From positions 186,001 through 250,000 of the forward strand of contig OZ218960.1 of assembly GCA_965112735.1 (NCBI GenBank): a stretch of 64,000 nucleotides of DNA. The letters run 5' to 3'. Position numbers and translations under genes: made by a program. Positions 31,987 through 46,277 of this stretch are shown piece after piece (position 1 is the first letter of the stretch; every line of letters starts with the position of its first letter). The DNA is from Phaeosaccion multiseriatum (Eukaryota > Protista > Ochrophyta, other classes). The notes under the pieces are model-generated. The model was given only the letters and a program-made list of their open reading frames with translations, was not told the DNA's origin and did not search any database.

Positions 31987-32999
31987 ACACACACACACAT
32001 ACACACACACACACACACACGCATTCGCACGTTCTGGCAGGCTGTCAGGACCGCGCACTCGAAGAAAGAGCGTCGAAGGCATAGCGCCCAAGGCTGGCGG
32101 AGGTAATGTGGATACGGAGGGCGTCGGCGGCAGCGACGGAGGAGGAGGAGAAGGAGGAGGAGGCGGAGGAGGCGGAGGAGGAGGAGGAGGAGGAGGAGGA
32201 GGAGGAGGAGGAGGAGGAGGAGGAGGAGGAGGAGTCACCGCTCCCCAACCCTCCTCGGGGAACCCCTCAAAGCCACGGAACAGCCTCACCAGCAGCCTCG
32301 TCAGTGACGGCAGTGGCTGCTGTAGCACCAGCTGTACCACCAATTGTAGTAACAGCAAAGTCACAGATGGCGGTTCTAAGGGCCTCTCTGCAGGCAACGC
32401 CGCGGAGGCGTTAGACGGGGCCGAGGCCTGCGGAGGGCCTGGAGTAGCCGCAGCGGGTGGTGATGCAGTAGCAGTGGCACCAACTCAAGGTGAGGAGAGC
32501 CCTTCGGACTCCGACTCAGCACCTCTTCGCCCTCGCTCCTCCTCCGACCGAAACAGTCGCGTGTTGGTGGGGAGCCGCCCCGTAGTAGGAGGAGCTCCAA
32601 TGGGCGCATCTGTGTCGGCGTCGGTGGCATTGGAGGCCCTGGGGAGCCAAGCGGGAGTTGAAGCACCGCCGCTGCTTCGTCTCGCGCCACACAAGGTGAA
32701 GGAGGGGCGAAGGGAAGAGAGACGAGAGGAGTCCGAGGTAGATAGGGTGGTGCCTGGTGCTGGCAGTGGTGCTGACAACACCAGCAGGTGCAGTAGCAGC
32801 AGCAGCAGCAGCCGTAGTAGCTGTAGCGCAACCACTGTAGGCTCCCGGGTGCAGCAGCTGTGTAGCGGCAGTAGCGACGGCAACAGCCAGCGGGGTAGGG
32901 GGGGGGGCGGCAAGGAGAATTGTGGTAGGGTGGTGGTGGTGATGGGGGTGAGAAGCAGCATCGACGCTAGCGGCAGCAGTAGCAGTCGGAAGAGCAGCA

Positions 33000-33033
<34 letters not shown>

Positions 33034-34042
33034 TTACAGCACAGGGGGGAGGCCTGTCGCGACAGAGGGGAGGGGGGGGAGAGGAGGGGGGGCATGTGGA
33101 GGGTCTTCGAGTCGAGGAGCAACAGAAGCAAGACGGGTATGCGCGATTCCTCACTCTCCTCCTGCCCTACAGAAACTGCCCTCAGGAGGGGAAGGAAGAG
33201 GAAGAGAAGCTGGAGGAAGAGCAGGAGGAGGAAGAGGAGCAGGGCTAGCAGGAGGGAGAGGAGGAGCAGGAGGAAGAGGAGGGCAGGGGGGTGCAGAGAG
33301 GACCGGATCGGGCGCTGTTCGAGTTTCGATCGGTTCGGGATCTTTCTCAGTCATCCGACCCGGAGCTACGGCCCTGTCGGCGGAAGGGATGACGAGACCG
33401 CGAGCGGGGACAGGAGGAGGAGAAGGGGGAGGAGGAGGCACAACAGCAACGCGGCCGCCGTCTCTATCATCGGGGGCGGCGCGTGGTAGCACGAGGAGAG
33501 GCAGCTGTAGCAGCAGCTCCAGCAGCAGCGCCAGCACCAGCACCAGCATTAACAGGGGGAGCAGCCGAGGGAGCAGCCGAGGGAGCAGCCGTGGCAGCAG
33601 TCTAAGCAATGCGAACACGAGACCCTCCTCGAGACCCGCCCCCCCCTCCTCCTCCTCCTCCTCGTCGTCGTCGTCGGTCCATGCGGTCTCTCCTGGGGCT
33701 CCGAGGATTCTTGTGGGGTCGGCGCGGCGTGCTTCGAATTCGACTGCAGCGGTGGTAGAGGAAGGCTTGCCCCCCATCCGCTGCCATCCGTCGGGAGTCT
33801 CCGGAGAAGAAGCAGCAGCAGTGGTTGGTGATGCTGCAGGCGACACAGTAGCGGTAGATGCAGTGGAAGCGGTGGGAGGAGAAGGCCGCTCCACGGCCTC
33901 GGCTCCTCCATCCACTGCCATCGCGGCAGCAGCAGCGCACCCCCCTCCATCCACTGCCATCCCCTCCTCTCCATCCACTGCCATCCCCTCCTCGCCCTGC
34001 TGCAGCCCTCCCCCTCGCGTGCTTTCGGCCGTGTCCTCGTGA
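26553..34042 (+). CDS. FAD/NAD(P)-binding oxidoreductase (two-dinucleotide-binding flavoprotein) with low-complexity insertions and tail, multi-exon
   Basis: FAD Rossmann motif KVAIIGGGPAG; LGVGNLGQYQINSN; IVLATGG; second Rossmann motif KKVCVVGGSHSA; LLHRSAVKLFY; VNAFTGLRGDAK; IVWACGYGSN; NVYALGLGYG; ADGVAVY. The last exon 32041-34042 is Gly/Ser low-complexity. The final TGA overlaps a possible GTGAGT donor. Confidence 0.78.
30349..30500. repeat. (CCTA)n tetranucleotide repeat, intronic
   Basis: Direct reading. Confidence 0.93.
30744..30970. repeat. 32-bp minisatellite GCTTGACATTGTACCTGAAGCTTTCCTTCCCY x7, intronic just before an acceptor
   Basis: Seven adjacent units with no spacers, so not a CRISPR array. 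Confidence 0.93.
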
Positions 34043-34191
34043 GTAACGCCCCTCTTTACTCACCACCCTAATCATTAGTCGTCTTGTATTGGATATATAT
34101 ACGCACAATTAAAATGTATTTTATGTGCACCAGTTTGAATTTGATTGTCTGCTACACAATGCTCTACACTGCGACTGGTGCTACAGTGCCA

Positions 34192-35700
34192 CTACCGCTT
34201 GGCGACGACTGACGACTTTCGCAGCGACGCCCTCCTCCCGTCCACCCACTTGTCCCGGAAGAACAGCGGGCGCTGGTCAGACGCACCCATGCCCCTGTCG
34301 CTGTTGATGACGATGCCCTCGTTGTGCACAAGCTTGTAGGCTAGGGTGCAGCGCCCCAGCAGCCGCCGCAGGGAGAGGGCGAGGCGCTCGATAGTCGCCA
34401 TCTGAGGGGGGCGTGGGGGGGAGGGTGATTCGACTCTCATCAGCTTTTTGCATGTCGTGATGGGTGTGGGTGCATGTATGTGTATGTATGTATGTGTGTG
34501 TGTATGTATGTGTGTATGTATGTGTGTGTATGTATGTGTGTGTGTGCTGTGTGTGTATGTGTGTGTGCGTGTGTGTGTATGAGTATGTGTATGTGTCTGT
34601 ATGTGTGTGTGTGCGTGTGTGTATGAGTGTGTGTATATGTGTATGTGTGTATGTGTGAGAGGTCATGGGTACGAGAAACGCATGAACACACAAACACACA
34701 CTCACACACAGAGAGAGAGACACACACTCGAGAGAAAAAGTAAGACCGAGACAGGTATACAGGTATGCAGGTATACAGGTATACAGGTATACAGGTATAC
34801 AGTCTGTATACGAAGACAGTGTCAGGACCCCTCAACAGAGGCACATGGGCAGTGACACTGACACTGACACTGACACTGACACTGACACTGACACTGACAC
34901 TGATACTGACACTCACCTGTGAGTACTGTCTGGCAGCGGGCCGTGCGTCGCTCAGCGTAGCCCTCTCTCCGTGGTACCTTTTCATGACGGCAAGCTCCCT
35001 CTCTAAGTCAATGAGAGAGTCCTTCAGGGAAGACAGGCTGGCCTGGAGGACGGGCTGGGGGCTCTGCAGCCAGGCATATGGAAAGGCAGGTATATGGGCA
35101 GGCAGGGAGGGAGGGAGGGAGGTTGGAGGGAGGTCGTGGGGATAGTAGAGGCACACGGGGCAAGGCAAAAGCCTCTTACCTGATACTGCTTCTTAAGCTC
35201 CTTGAGTGCCGCTTGCACGCCCTCCCTCAGCACCGTACCATACGCCCCCCACGCCACAAGCAGGCTGCCCCGGGCTGCGTCAGCGCTGAATACAAACGTT
35301 AACGCTGCCTCTGACTCTGAAGGTGGCGAAGGTGGCGGCGTTAACGCTACCGTTGTTGCCGTTGCTGTGTCCGTTAACTCTCCCGTCGTCGGAGGAGGGC
35401 CGGCCTGCATTCCTGTCTCTGTCTTGTTCTGATTGGGACTTCCCCCGGGGGTGGGGCTGGTGCCTCGCAGGTCCCACAGGAGCTTCGGGCTATGCTGCAG
35501 GGCGTGACGGAGTGCGGCTACCAGAGACATACCCTGTACATGGGGATTGAGTAAGTCAGTGAGTCAGTAAGCCAGTGAGTGGGGGAGTGAGCGAGTGGAT
35601 AGGACGAGGAGGAAGAGAGAAAGGGGAGAGAGGGGAGGGAGTGGAAGGCGCCGTGGTGGCGCGTGTTGAGAGTGAAGGCTATGATACAACGTCACACACA

Positions 35701-35784
<84 letters not shown>

Positions 35785-38700
35785 ACACACTCACCTCCTG
35801 CTGCCGGGCCTGAACGACGCGTAAGGTCTGCGAGTAGAGCGAGAGGCCCAAACTAGCAGCGGTACCCAAGTCCATGTACGTTGATGTTGACGCAGTGAGA
35901 GGATCTCCACCGCTCAACTCCGTTGCGCCTGGGGGGGAGAGAGGCGAGGGAGGAGGGAACGAGGGGGGAGGGGGGGGAGAGGAGAGAGCAGAGAGAGAGA
36001 GTAAGCGGGCAGACAAGAGGGAAGAGAGAGGGATGTGCGAGGGAGGAGTGTGTGTGTAGCTGAGAGAGGGATGGAGGCAGATGGAGAGCATGGAGCTGTT
36101 CGGCACTGCTCAGGCCTGCTCACCGTTGACGCAGGGGGGCAGCCCCATGAGCTTCTCCATTTGGCGCTGGAACGCCGTGAAACCGTCAAGGCTGGACAGC
36201 GCCTGCGGGCAGCAGAGTAGAAGGGTCAGGGTCACCGTCAGGGTCAGGGTCAGGATCAGGGTCAGGATCAGGGTAAGTGTCAACTATCTCGCTCATCCAC
36301 TCACCCACCCACTCACCCACCCACCCACCGACCGACTTGCCCGGCCCCTCTCTCTCTTCCTCCACGCACTGCCCAAAGCAAACAAAGCAAGCAAAGTACA
36401 CATGCTCTCGCACCTTGAGGCACATGATCTGCATTGGCGACGCCTTGGCTGCGATGAATGTAAAAGACGGCAAGGATGTGGTGCTGCCACTCAACATACT
36501 GCTCAACGGGCCCAGTGTGTTATTGCTGTTGCTGTTGTTGTTGCTGCTGTTTTTGTTATTGTTGTTGTTGTTGTTGCTGCCGTTGTTGTTACCGGTGTTG
36601 TTGTTGTTGCTGGCCGCCGAGGAGGAGGGCTCCGTGAGCACTGTATCGAGTACGAAGAGGCGATGATCACGCACTCTGACCCATTGGAACATCAAGAGGA
36701 GCAACAAATCGTCGGCGTCCACGAAGGGCGCTCCGCTCGCGCCCTGGATGGCAGTGGATGGGAAGCGAGCGAGAGAGGGAGGGAGGGAGGGATGGCAGTG
36801 GATGTGGAGGGGAGGGATGGCAGTGGATGGGAGGAGAGGGATGGCAGTGGATGGGAGGAGAGGGATGGCAGTGGATGGGGAGGGGAGGGATGGCAGTGGA
36901 TGGGGAGGGGAGGGATGGCAGTGGATGGGAGGAGAGGGATGGCAGTGGATGGGAGGGGAGGGATGGCAGTGGATGGGAGGAGAGGGATGGCAGTGGATGG
37001 GAGGGGAGGGAGGGACTTGTTAGGGATGGATGGGCTTGTTGGGGGGGGGGCATCTCAGAGTGTGTATATATGTGTGTGTGTACATGTGTGTGTAATAAAA
37101 AAATCCTTTCCTCCGTCCTCCCATCCACTGCCATCCCACCACCCCCTCACCATTCCCTTGATGTCTCGAAGCAGCTTCTGGTATTTGACCTCCACGTCTG
37201 CCGAGGCGCTGGCAGCGGCGGCAAGCTTAGGGTCGGACAGATAGGCAGATGCAAAGGTCAGAGGCTTGCTCGACTCTGCCTCTTCCGCCGCCTCAAACGC
37301 TCTTTGGGCGGCTTGTGCCTGCCCCGTCGCATTCTCCCCGCTCGACGGCGTTGTCGCCCCCTCCTCTTCTTGCCCTCCCCCCCCCTCTTGCCGTTGCTCT
37401 TGCCCTTCCTCCGCTTGTTGCTGCTTGTCCTCCTCTTCCCTGTGCTTGCTCTTGTCACTTCTCCTCCCTCCTCCCCCTCCCCCTGACTTGGGCCGTTTGC
37501 TGCTGCCTCGATGGTGGTCTCTCTCTCCGTTCGAGTGGGGCTTCTTCCCAACGGCTGCCGCGGAGGCTGCAAACAGAAGAGCCGCAGTCCTCGTTGCAAC
37601 CTGAGGGAGGGAGGAAGGAGAAGAAGAGACAAAGAGAGACGGCCGCAGCAGAGAGAAGGGGAGGAGGAGGAGGAGGAGGAGGAGGAGGAGGAGGAGGAGG
37701 AGGAGGAGGAGGAGAAGGAGGAGGAACAGGGGGGGTAGGTGGTGGAAGAGGAGAAGGAGGAGAAGGAGGAGGAGGAGGAGGAGGAGGAGGAGGAGGAGGA
37801 GGAGGAGGAGGAGGAGGAGGAAGAGGAGGAGGAGGAGGAGGAGGAACAGGGGGGGTAGGTGGTGGAAGAGGAGAAGGAGGAGGAGGGATGCGGGGAGGAG
37901 GAGGAGGAGGGTCCATCAGGTCGGTCATGGTGAGCTTGGGCGAGGGGCTCCATCCATCTATATCCATCCATCTATCCATCCGCTGCCATTCACTGCCATC
38001 CATCCTTACCTCTCTGGGTACCATCCAGCGTTGCCTGCCCGTGTGTACGTCAGTGCTCGTGACAGGGAAGAGCTCCACCCCTCCCTGCAGCTCCCCGAGG
38101 GGGTCGTCTGTCGTTTGGTCCTCCTGGACTTGGGCCTCGTTGTCGACTTGAGATGGAGAGAGGAGGGGAAGGGAGGGAAGACAAGAGGAGAGGAGAGGAG
38201 GGGAAGGGAGGGAAGACAAGAGGAGAGGAGAGGAGGGGAAGGGAGGGAAGAGAAGAGGAGAGGAGAGGAGGGGAAGGGAGGGAAGAGAAGAGGAGAGGAG
38301 AGGAGGGGAAGGGAGGGAAGAGAAGAGGAGAGGAGAGGAGGGGAAGGGAGGGAAGAGAAGAGGAGAGGAGAGGAGGGGAAGGGAGGGAAGAGAAGAGGAG
38401 AGGAGAGGAGGGGAAGGGAGGGAAGAGAAGAGGAGAGGAGAGGAGAGGAGAGGGGGTAAGAGAAGAGGAGAGGATAAGAGAAGAGGACAGGAGAGGAGAG
38501 GAGAGGAGGGGAGGGGAGGGGAGGGAAGACGAGAGGAGACGAGAGGAGACGAAAGGAGAGGAGAAGAGAAGAGAAGAGAAGAGAAGAGAAGAGAAGAGAA
38601 GAGAAGAGAGGTGGTCAGACGGGCTAGGGACAGACAGGTTGATGTGTGTGTGTGCGTCTGCGTGTATTAATTTGCAGAAAAGCGTGTGCATACGTGCGTG

Positions 38701-41158
38701 CGTGCGTGCGTGCGTGCGAGTGTCCATATTCCCCTCTCCTTCTCCTCCTCCTCACCTTCGAGCAGCCCCATGGCCCTAAGCTTGTCCTGCTCCTCCCTTT
38801 CGTGCTTCCTCCCCTGTCTATGCAGCTCAAGCAGGGCCTTGAAGTAGAACGCCAAAGCGTCCTCGTTGAAGAAGTCTGCATGCAGTAAGTCAGTGAGTCA
38901 GTAAGTCAGAGGGTGATAAAGTTAGCGGGTGAGTGAGTCTGGGAGATGAAGAGAGCCGTACTCCTCGTTTCTTCTCGTCCCTCCCCTTCCTCCCTCCCCT
39001 TCCTCCCTCCGCTCCCGCCCTGCCTCCCTCCCTCCCTCCCTCCCTCCCTCCCTCCATATGCCTCCAACCAGCCCAACTCACCCCTTCTGTCATTGGCCAG
39101 TGCCATGGCCATCCCACTCACTCCCGAGGGGTCCGTCGATCCCCCCCCCCCCCCTCCTGCTCCGATTGCAGCTTCTTCGGTACACGGTGGTAGGCAGCCA
39201 CTGAAAGCCGCGAAGAGCCTTACACGGGGCAACGCAGCGAGCTGCTCTCTGACGTTGAAGTAGAGGTCGTGACAGGCTCGCTCGGTGAGCACTTGCGAGC
39301 CCCACTGTTGGAGGAGCTGGAGGTAGACTGTGCCCATGAGGGAGGAGTGCTTGGTGAAATCCCCACACCTTTGTTAAGAGGGAAGGGAGGAGGAGGAGGA
39401 GGAGGAGGAGGAGTAGGGGGGGGTAGGGAGGAGGGGTATAAGCTTGCCTGTGTGTTTGCGAGGGCTTTCGCGGCTGCTGCTACTGCTGCCCTGCTGATAC
39501 CACTGCTGCTGCTGCTGCTGCTACCGTGGCTGCCTTATCATACGCCTCGCCTTACCTGCCGCGAGCCGACTGCGAGGCCTTAGGGGGTTGGACACCACCG
39601 CCACTGCCGCCGCCGCCATTTACAGATGGCAGGGCAGGGGGCCCGCCCTGGCTGTATTGCTCGAGAGCCCTCTGCACCTCGGCATCTCGGCAACCGGACT
39701 GGTCCCTCCTTAGCTTATGCAGGTACATGTCCGCAATAGCGCTTTGGAGCCACGCCACGGGTTTGAACACGCGACGCGAGGTGAGGCCGCCCGCCCCTCT
39801 GAGATAGCCCGGTGTCATCCACCCTAGCAGCTGTAGGGGGAGACGGCAGTGGACGGCAAGGCGGCGCCTCCAAGTGCGCTGCACCAGGGTCACCGCCAGT
39901 TTGAGCCGCACCTACACGTGTTGGTTGTTCACGGGATTGGTGAGGGGTTGGGTGTTTGTTAGTCTTGTCGAGTTTCACTTGCGCACGCACGCACGTTTGC
40001 ACACCCACCCACGCCCTCACGCAACCACCCACCCACGCATCTACCTACTCACCAACCCACCCATTGACATACTACACCTTTGATACACTATCCCACCTGC
40101 TTGAAGACCCTGAATCGCCGGTCGAGGTCAAGGTCAAAGAAGACATGCTCCAGGGCATTGAACTCCTCCTCCACGCAGTTCACAAGGTTCTTTTTGGAGG
40201 GGGCAAAGCCGGGGCCGCTCTCGTGACGGAGTGTCCGAACATGATAGAGGATGACGAGGAGACGGCGATAAGCAGCGAGTGGCTTGGTCCCGTCCATATC
40301 CACGCGAAGGCGCGACACCACATCGGAGGAGGAGGAGATGGGCCCCTCGCCGCCCCCTGTATCTCCCGCGGCCCCGCCCCCTCCTCCTCCTCCTCCTCCT
40401 CCTCCTCCTCCTCCCCCTCCCTTGCCCTGCTGCTCCCTCCCCCGACCCCTCGACGAAGCCGAACAAGCGCTCACCAGAGCCTCCTCCACCCGATCCCGTG
40501 CCGCCCGGAGTTTGCTTGTGGCCTGCTCCGGAAGCTGCTCCATGAGGCGCTCGATGGCTGGTCTCATCATTGCCATGTGTCGATGAACAAGACTGCCAAG
40601 TTGACTGCGCTCTCTCCTGCCGAGGGTGACGTCATTCCTGGCGGGGCTCTGCAGAGGGAGGCGTAGTGCCTCGGTGAAGAATTGGAATCGCTCCGCCACC
40701 TTTTGAGTTGAGAGCGGAGGAGGAGGAGGAGGAGGAGGAGGAGGAGGAGGAGGAGGAGGAGGAGGAGGAGGAGGAGGAGGAGGAGGAGGAGGAGGAGGAG
40801 GAGGAGGAGGAGGAGGAGGAGGAGGAGGAGGAGGAGGAGGAGGAGGAGGAGGAGGAGGAGGAGGAGGAGGAGGAGGAGGAGGAGGAGGAGGAGGAGGAGG
40901 AGGAGGAGGAGGAGGAGGAGGAGGAGGAGGAGGAGGAGGAGGAGGAGGAGGAGGAGGAGGAGGAGGAGGAGGAGGAGGAGGAGGAGGAGGAGGAGGAGGA
41001 GGAGGAGGAGGAGGAGGAGGAGGAGGAGGAGGAGGAGGAGGAGAAGGGGGATCAGTTTGCAACACTGTTTGGAGCGCAAGTGGAGCCAGTTTCAGTTCTA
41101 GCTTCTCCCCTCCCGATGCACACGCACCCACCCAGACACATACAGAGACTATTAGCAT

Positions 41159-41192
<34 letters not shown>

Positions 41193-44100
41193 TAAGGAAC
41201 ACCTCGTTGTTGACACCCTCCCCTCCCGAGGCTTCGTGACAGTCTCTGAAGACGCTCACAGCCTCCGCGGTGGTGATACGCGGGCTCAGCGTGCGCGTAA
41301 TGGCCAGAAACTGGGGCAGGTCCACACTCGGTTTGCGCTCCGGCCCTCCTCCTCCTCTTCCTACTGCTCCTCCCCCTGCTCCTCCTCCTGCGCCACCGCC
41401 TCCTCCTCCTCCTCCGCCGCCGCCGTTGTGATCGCCATCCTCCCCACCGCCGCTGCCACCACCTCCTCCTTCTCCCCCTCCCCCCCCACCCATGCCGGCC
41501 CCTCCCTTGCTGCTGGACAGCATGTTAGAGGCAGATGGGTCCTTTATGCCCCCCCCGTGGCCGTAGAGAGGCCTTCCGTCCGTCAGCACGCCGGAACTTG
41601 CTGTGTCGAACATGAGCCTTACTGCGGCCCGGCGGTTCACCTAGACAAGTTGGTAATACAGACGGTTGGGAGAGGGGGCGGTGGCGCGTGTGTGCGTGCG
41701 TGATGAGCATCCATCTATAGAGCTCATACTATTTCTTCTGCCGATATGCCTACCTGCCTGCCCATATGCTTCACCCCACCCCTCCCCATGTGCTGCCTGT
41801 GCGCCTGCCTGCCCATATGCCTATCCCTATCCCCTCCCTCAGCTCCTTCGCTGACATACCTGCTCCTCCTTGTACGAGTGCAGCATGATGCGCATGAAGA
41901 AGAACAGGTCCAGGCACTGCTCGTTGTGCCATCTGTGACTTTGGCTCTTGCCCGTATGCTGCCCTTCCTTCCCTTCCTCCTCCTCCTCCTCCTCCTCCTC
42001 CTCATCCTCCTCCTCCTCCTCTTGCTCCTCCTCTTCCTTCTCATCGCCCGTGAGAACGGAGCCCCCCCCGTCATCGGACGAAGCGTCGTTGTCGTTGTCG
42101 TTGTCGTTGTCCCGCTCCTTCTGCTGCTGCCCCTGCCCCTGCTCCTGCTGTTGCTCCCCTCCTCCTGCAGAGTAATGCCCCATCCTACTGCGACCGCTGC
42201 TCCTCCTCCTCCTCCTCCCTCCTCCTCCTCCTCCTCCTCCCTTCCCTGCCACCCCCAGCTCCAGGCGATCCTTGCACGAGACGCTCACCCCCTTGATGGC
42301 GTCTCTGACCTTGGCCTTTTGTCCATCCAAAGCGTTGCCCAAGACTTGTGACATGCATCTGAGAGCGTCCCTTGTCAGCACCCACACCACCTCCCTGCCC
42401 GACGCCATGGTGTCAATGGTGTCAGGGCCCTCCCCCTCCTCCTCCTCCTCCTCCTCCTCCTCCTCCTCCTCCTCCTCCTCCTCCCCCTCCTCTTCCTCCC
42501 CTTCCTGTCCTGCATCCTCGCCTTCCTCCTCCTCCTCCTCCTCCTCCTCCTCCTCCTCCTCCTCCTCCGCCTCCGCCTCCTCTCCTCCTCCTCCTCCTCC
42601 TCCTCGGGCGCTGCCGTTGGCGCTGTAGATGCTCCCTGCCCCCTCCGCCCCCTCTTCTCCTGTATCACCAACTTCTGCTGCTGCTCCTTCTGCTGCTGTA
42701 TCACCAAGCGCTCCATCTCCGCCTCTCTCTCCCCCCTTCTTCTTCTTCCTCTTCCTCTTCCTCTTCTTCCCCTTCATCTTCTTGCCCTGCTGCTGTGGCT
42801 TCTTGCCCTCCCCCTGCTGCAGACACTTAGCCAAAGTGGCGAAGTCCGCACAGGTGGTAGTGACTCCCCACTGCTCTCTTAGCGGCTCCCCACAGAGCCC
42901 TTCCATGACGGCGAGTGTGTACATGGCGAACGTTACATAATCCTCTCCATGTGTCTCGTCCAGCAAGTGCCAGAAGATCTGCGAGTATATGGGCATAAAG
43001 GCATATGGGCATAAAGGCATACGGGCATATGGGCATGAGGGGATCAGGAAGACGGGCATAGATGGATATACTGGTATGGATGACGGGCGCATGGGCATGG
43101 ATGGATATACTGGTATGGATGGTAGACGGGCATAGATGGATATACTGGTATGGATGGTAGAGCGCATGGGCATAGATGGATATACTGGTATGGATGGTAG
43201 AGCGCATGGGCATAGATGGATCTACTGGTATGGATGGTAGACGGGCATAGATGGATCTACTGGTATGGATCGTAGACTGGCATAGATGGATCTACGGTAT
43301 GGATGGTAGACGGGCATAGATGGATCTACTGGTATGGATGACGGGCGCATGGGCATGGATGGATATACTGGTATGGATGGTAGACGGGCATAGATGGATA
43401 TACTGGTATGGATGACGGGCGCATGGGCATACGGGTGAGTCTGCATGCGGGTGTCGGAGATCGTTCGCTCCTCCCTCCCTCCCTCCCTCCCCCTCACCTT
43501 GGCCTCTGCGCTCTCTCTGGCGAGTGCCTTGGTGCCATAGTAGAGTGCCCAGCGGTCCTCATCCGCCTTACGTACTAAGTCACTCTTGGCCAGCACCGTT
43601 CCGGCGGCGTCCAACAGGGCCCGAGGGGGCTCGAAGAACGTGTACACGAACTCAGGGAAGCGCACCTACAGCAAAGTAAGTCAGTGACAAAGGGAATGGA
43701 TGGCAGTGGAGGGAGGGGGCAAGGGGCGCGGGACTTAGTGTCCATCTCTGTCTGCCTCTCTCCATCTCTGTCTGCCTCTCTCCATCTCTGTCTGCCTCTC
43801 TCCATCTCTGTCTGCCTCTCTCCATCTATGTCTGCCTCTCTCCACCTCTGTCTGCCTCTCTCCATCTCTCCCTCTCTGTATCGCCATATGCATGTGTGTG
43901 TGCGATCCATTCATGCCTTCGCGCCCCTACCCACCCCACCCACCCCCCGCACGCACGCACACACGCACCCGCCCATTGACATAGCACACCCAGCCATTGA
44001 CATACTACACCCACCCACCTTGAGGCATCCATCCTTGTGCAACACCGCGTCGTCCCACACTTTTGCCCGGAGCACCGAGCGAATCACCGTACGGACCCAA

Positions 44101-46226
44101 TGGACCGACCGAGATGGCTTGGGGTATTGAGTCAGGCCCCCTGAAGAGCCGTTGCCGCCTGTGGCGCCGCTGTGCCCGACGTTGAGATTCGGTAGGAGCA
44201 GGCGGTAGCTGAAGGGGGGGGTGGGGGGGTGGAGGGTTTCTTTGTGTTAGACTGCGAGCGTGACGAGGAGTAGAGAGCGGGAGGAGGTGGTTGTTATGTT
44301 GGGCTTGATGGCTGGATTGGCGGGAACAGGAGGCTCCTGCCGCCCGTACCCACCGACAGACGCACCACGCAAACGCACGCACACTCCTCCACACACACGG
44401 GATGGCAGTAGGCACACACGCACGCACACACGCACGCACACACGCACGCGCCCACGCACCTGTGGCACTGCAGCCTGACCACCGCCGTCTGACTCGACCT
44501 CTCCGCCTCGAGGGCCTCAGCGATGTTGGCGACGTCGTCAAGTGCCTTCCTGCACTTGATGCACAGAACGCTGCTCCCCACCACGTCCTCCTCGTCCATA
44601 GAGCCTCGTCCAGACAGGGCGGAGTCGTCGTCGTTCCCACCTCCTGTATCACCAACTGCTGCTCCTCCTCCTCCTCCTCCGGATGCTGTATCACCAACTG
44701 CTCCTCCTCCTCCTGCTGGTCCTGCCGCTGCTTCCCCGTCCCCTTCGGCGGCGTCTGAGGACAGTATGCCTTTGCGCTTGGAGTGGCTGCTTCGTCGACT
44801 GCCCCCTGTACCACCAACACCCCCACCCCTTCTGCTGCCCTCGACGCCACCATCCTCCCTCCCCGCCTCATCGTAATCACCGGTTCCCCTCCCGTTACTC
44901 TTGTACTCGCCTCTTCTCCTCCTCTTTCTGCTGCCGCGACTCCCTCGGAGACGCCCCCCTCGCTCTCCCTCCTCTTCACTGCTGCCGTGTCCTCCCCCTC
45001 CTCCCCCTCCTCTGCTCCCTTCTTCGTCACTGAAGTGGTCTTCATCCTCCTCCTCTTCGGAGTCGACTCCCTCTTCCTTCACTTGTGACTTGAGGGCTTC
45101 AATCTCGGAGGCTCGTGTCGTCTCCACGTCCATGAGATCGGCGATGAGGCCTTGCCTGAAGCGTCGCAAACAGAGGGGGGACAGCGCAACAGGGACGAGA
45201 GAGTGAGAAGGTGAAGTGCCACTGTAGGAAGGAAGGAACGAAACAGCAGTGAGGATGCCCCATACCCCATACCTCGTACCCCATACCCCCCATGCCTATG
45301 CCCATATGCTTACAAACGTGTACAGAGGTACACATAGGCCTATGTGTGTATAAATGACCTCTGCGTAGGCCTATAAATGCCCGCCTGCCTATGCCCCTCC
45401 TCACCTTCTGCTGAGCTCGAGCTTGAGTCTGTTTGCCTCCGTCACCGCCGCGGCCTCTCCCTTCCTCGCTTTGCTCAATTGGGCCTCCAAATTGATGCAT
45501 CGCTCCTTCAGCGCTCTGCAATGATTGTCATCATCATAAGGCATTGGGGGATGGGAAGGCAGCGGATGGCGGCGAGGCGATGAGGCGGAGGGGGGGCGAG
45601 GAGCGAGGAGAGTACGTTCGTAAGTCAGCAATCCCTCCCCTCCCCAACCCAACACAACACAACCCAACCCAACCCAACCCACCTGAGTGCCGTGAGCTCT
45701 GCCTGTGCCTTGACCAGATCCGCTGCTTGCATCTTGTTCTTAGCACGGAGGTCCGTCAGCTCCAAGTGGTCGTTGTCCCCCTGGAAAGGATGGCAGTGGA
45801 TGGGAAGGGATGGAAAGGGATGAGTATTTCTTGCGGCGGACCCCACCGGCAGGCACTTCGTTCTTCTTTCCTACCCAACCACCCCCCCCACCCCCCCGCC
45901 ACCCCACACACACACACACACACACCCATTGACATACTCCACACGGACCTGCATGCCCTTGAATATTCCGTTGAGTGTCTTGAGTGTGTCGCCCATCCTG
46001 TCCACATGTTGACGCGCCTCGCCCTCCTGCCGGGCCTTGTGCAAGTCGCGCTGCACGTACTCCTGTTTGGGGGGGTAGGGTGGGTGGGTGGTGGGGTGGG
46101 GCCCATCATTGAGTGGGTGTGTGCGGAGAAAAAAGGGATGGCAGTGGAAGCTTTCCCTCGCTGCTGGCAAGGCAATGCAAGGGCTGGGATGGCAGTTAAA
46201 GGCAAGGCAAGCACGCACGCACGCAT

Positions 46227-46277
<51 letters not shown>

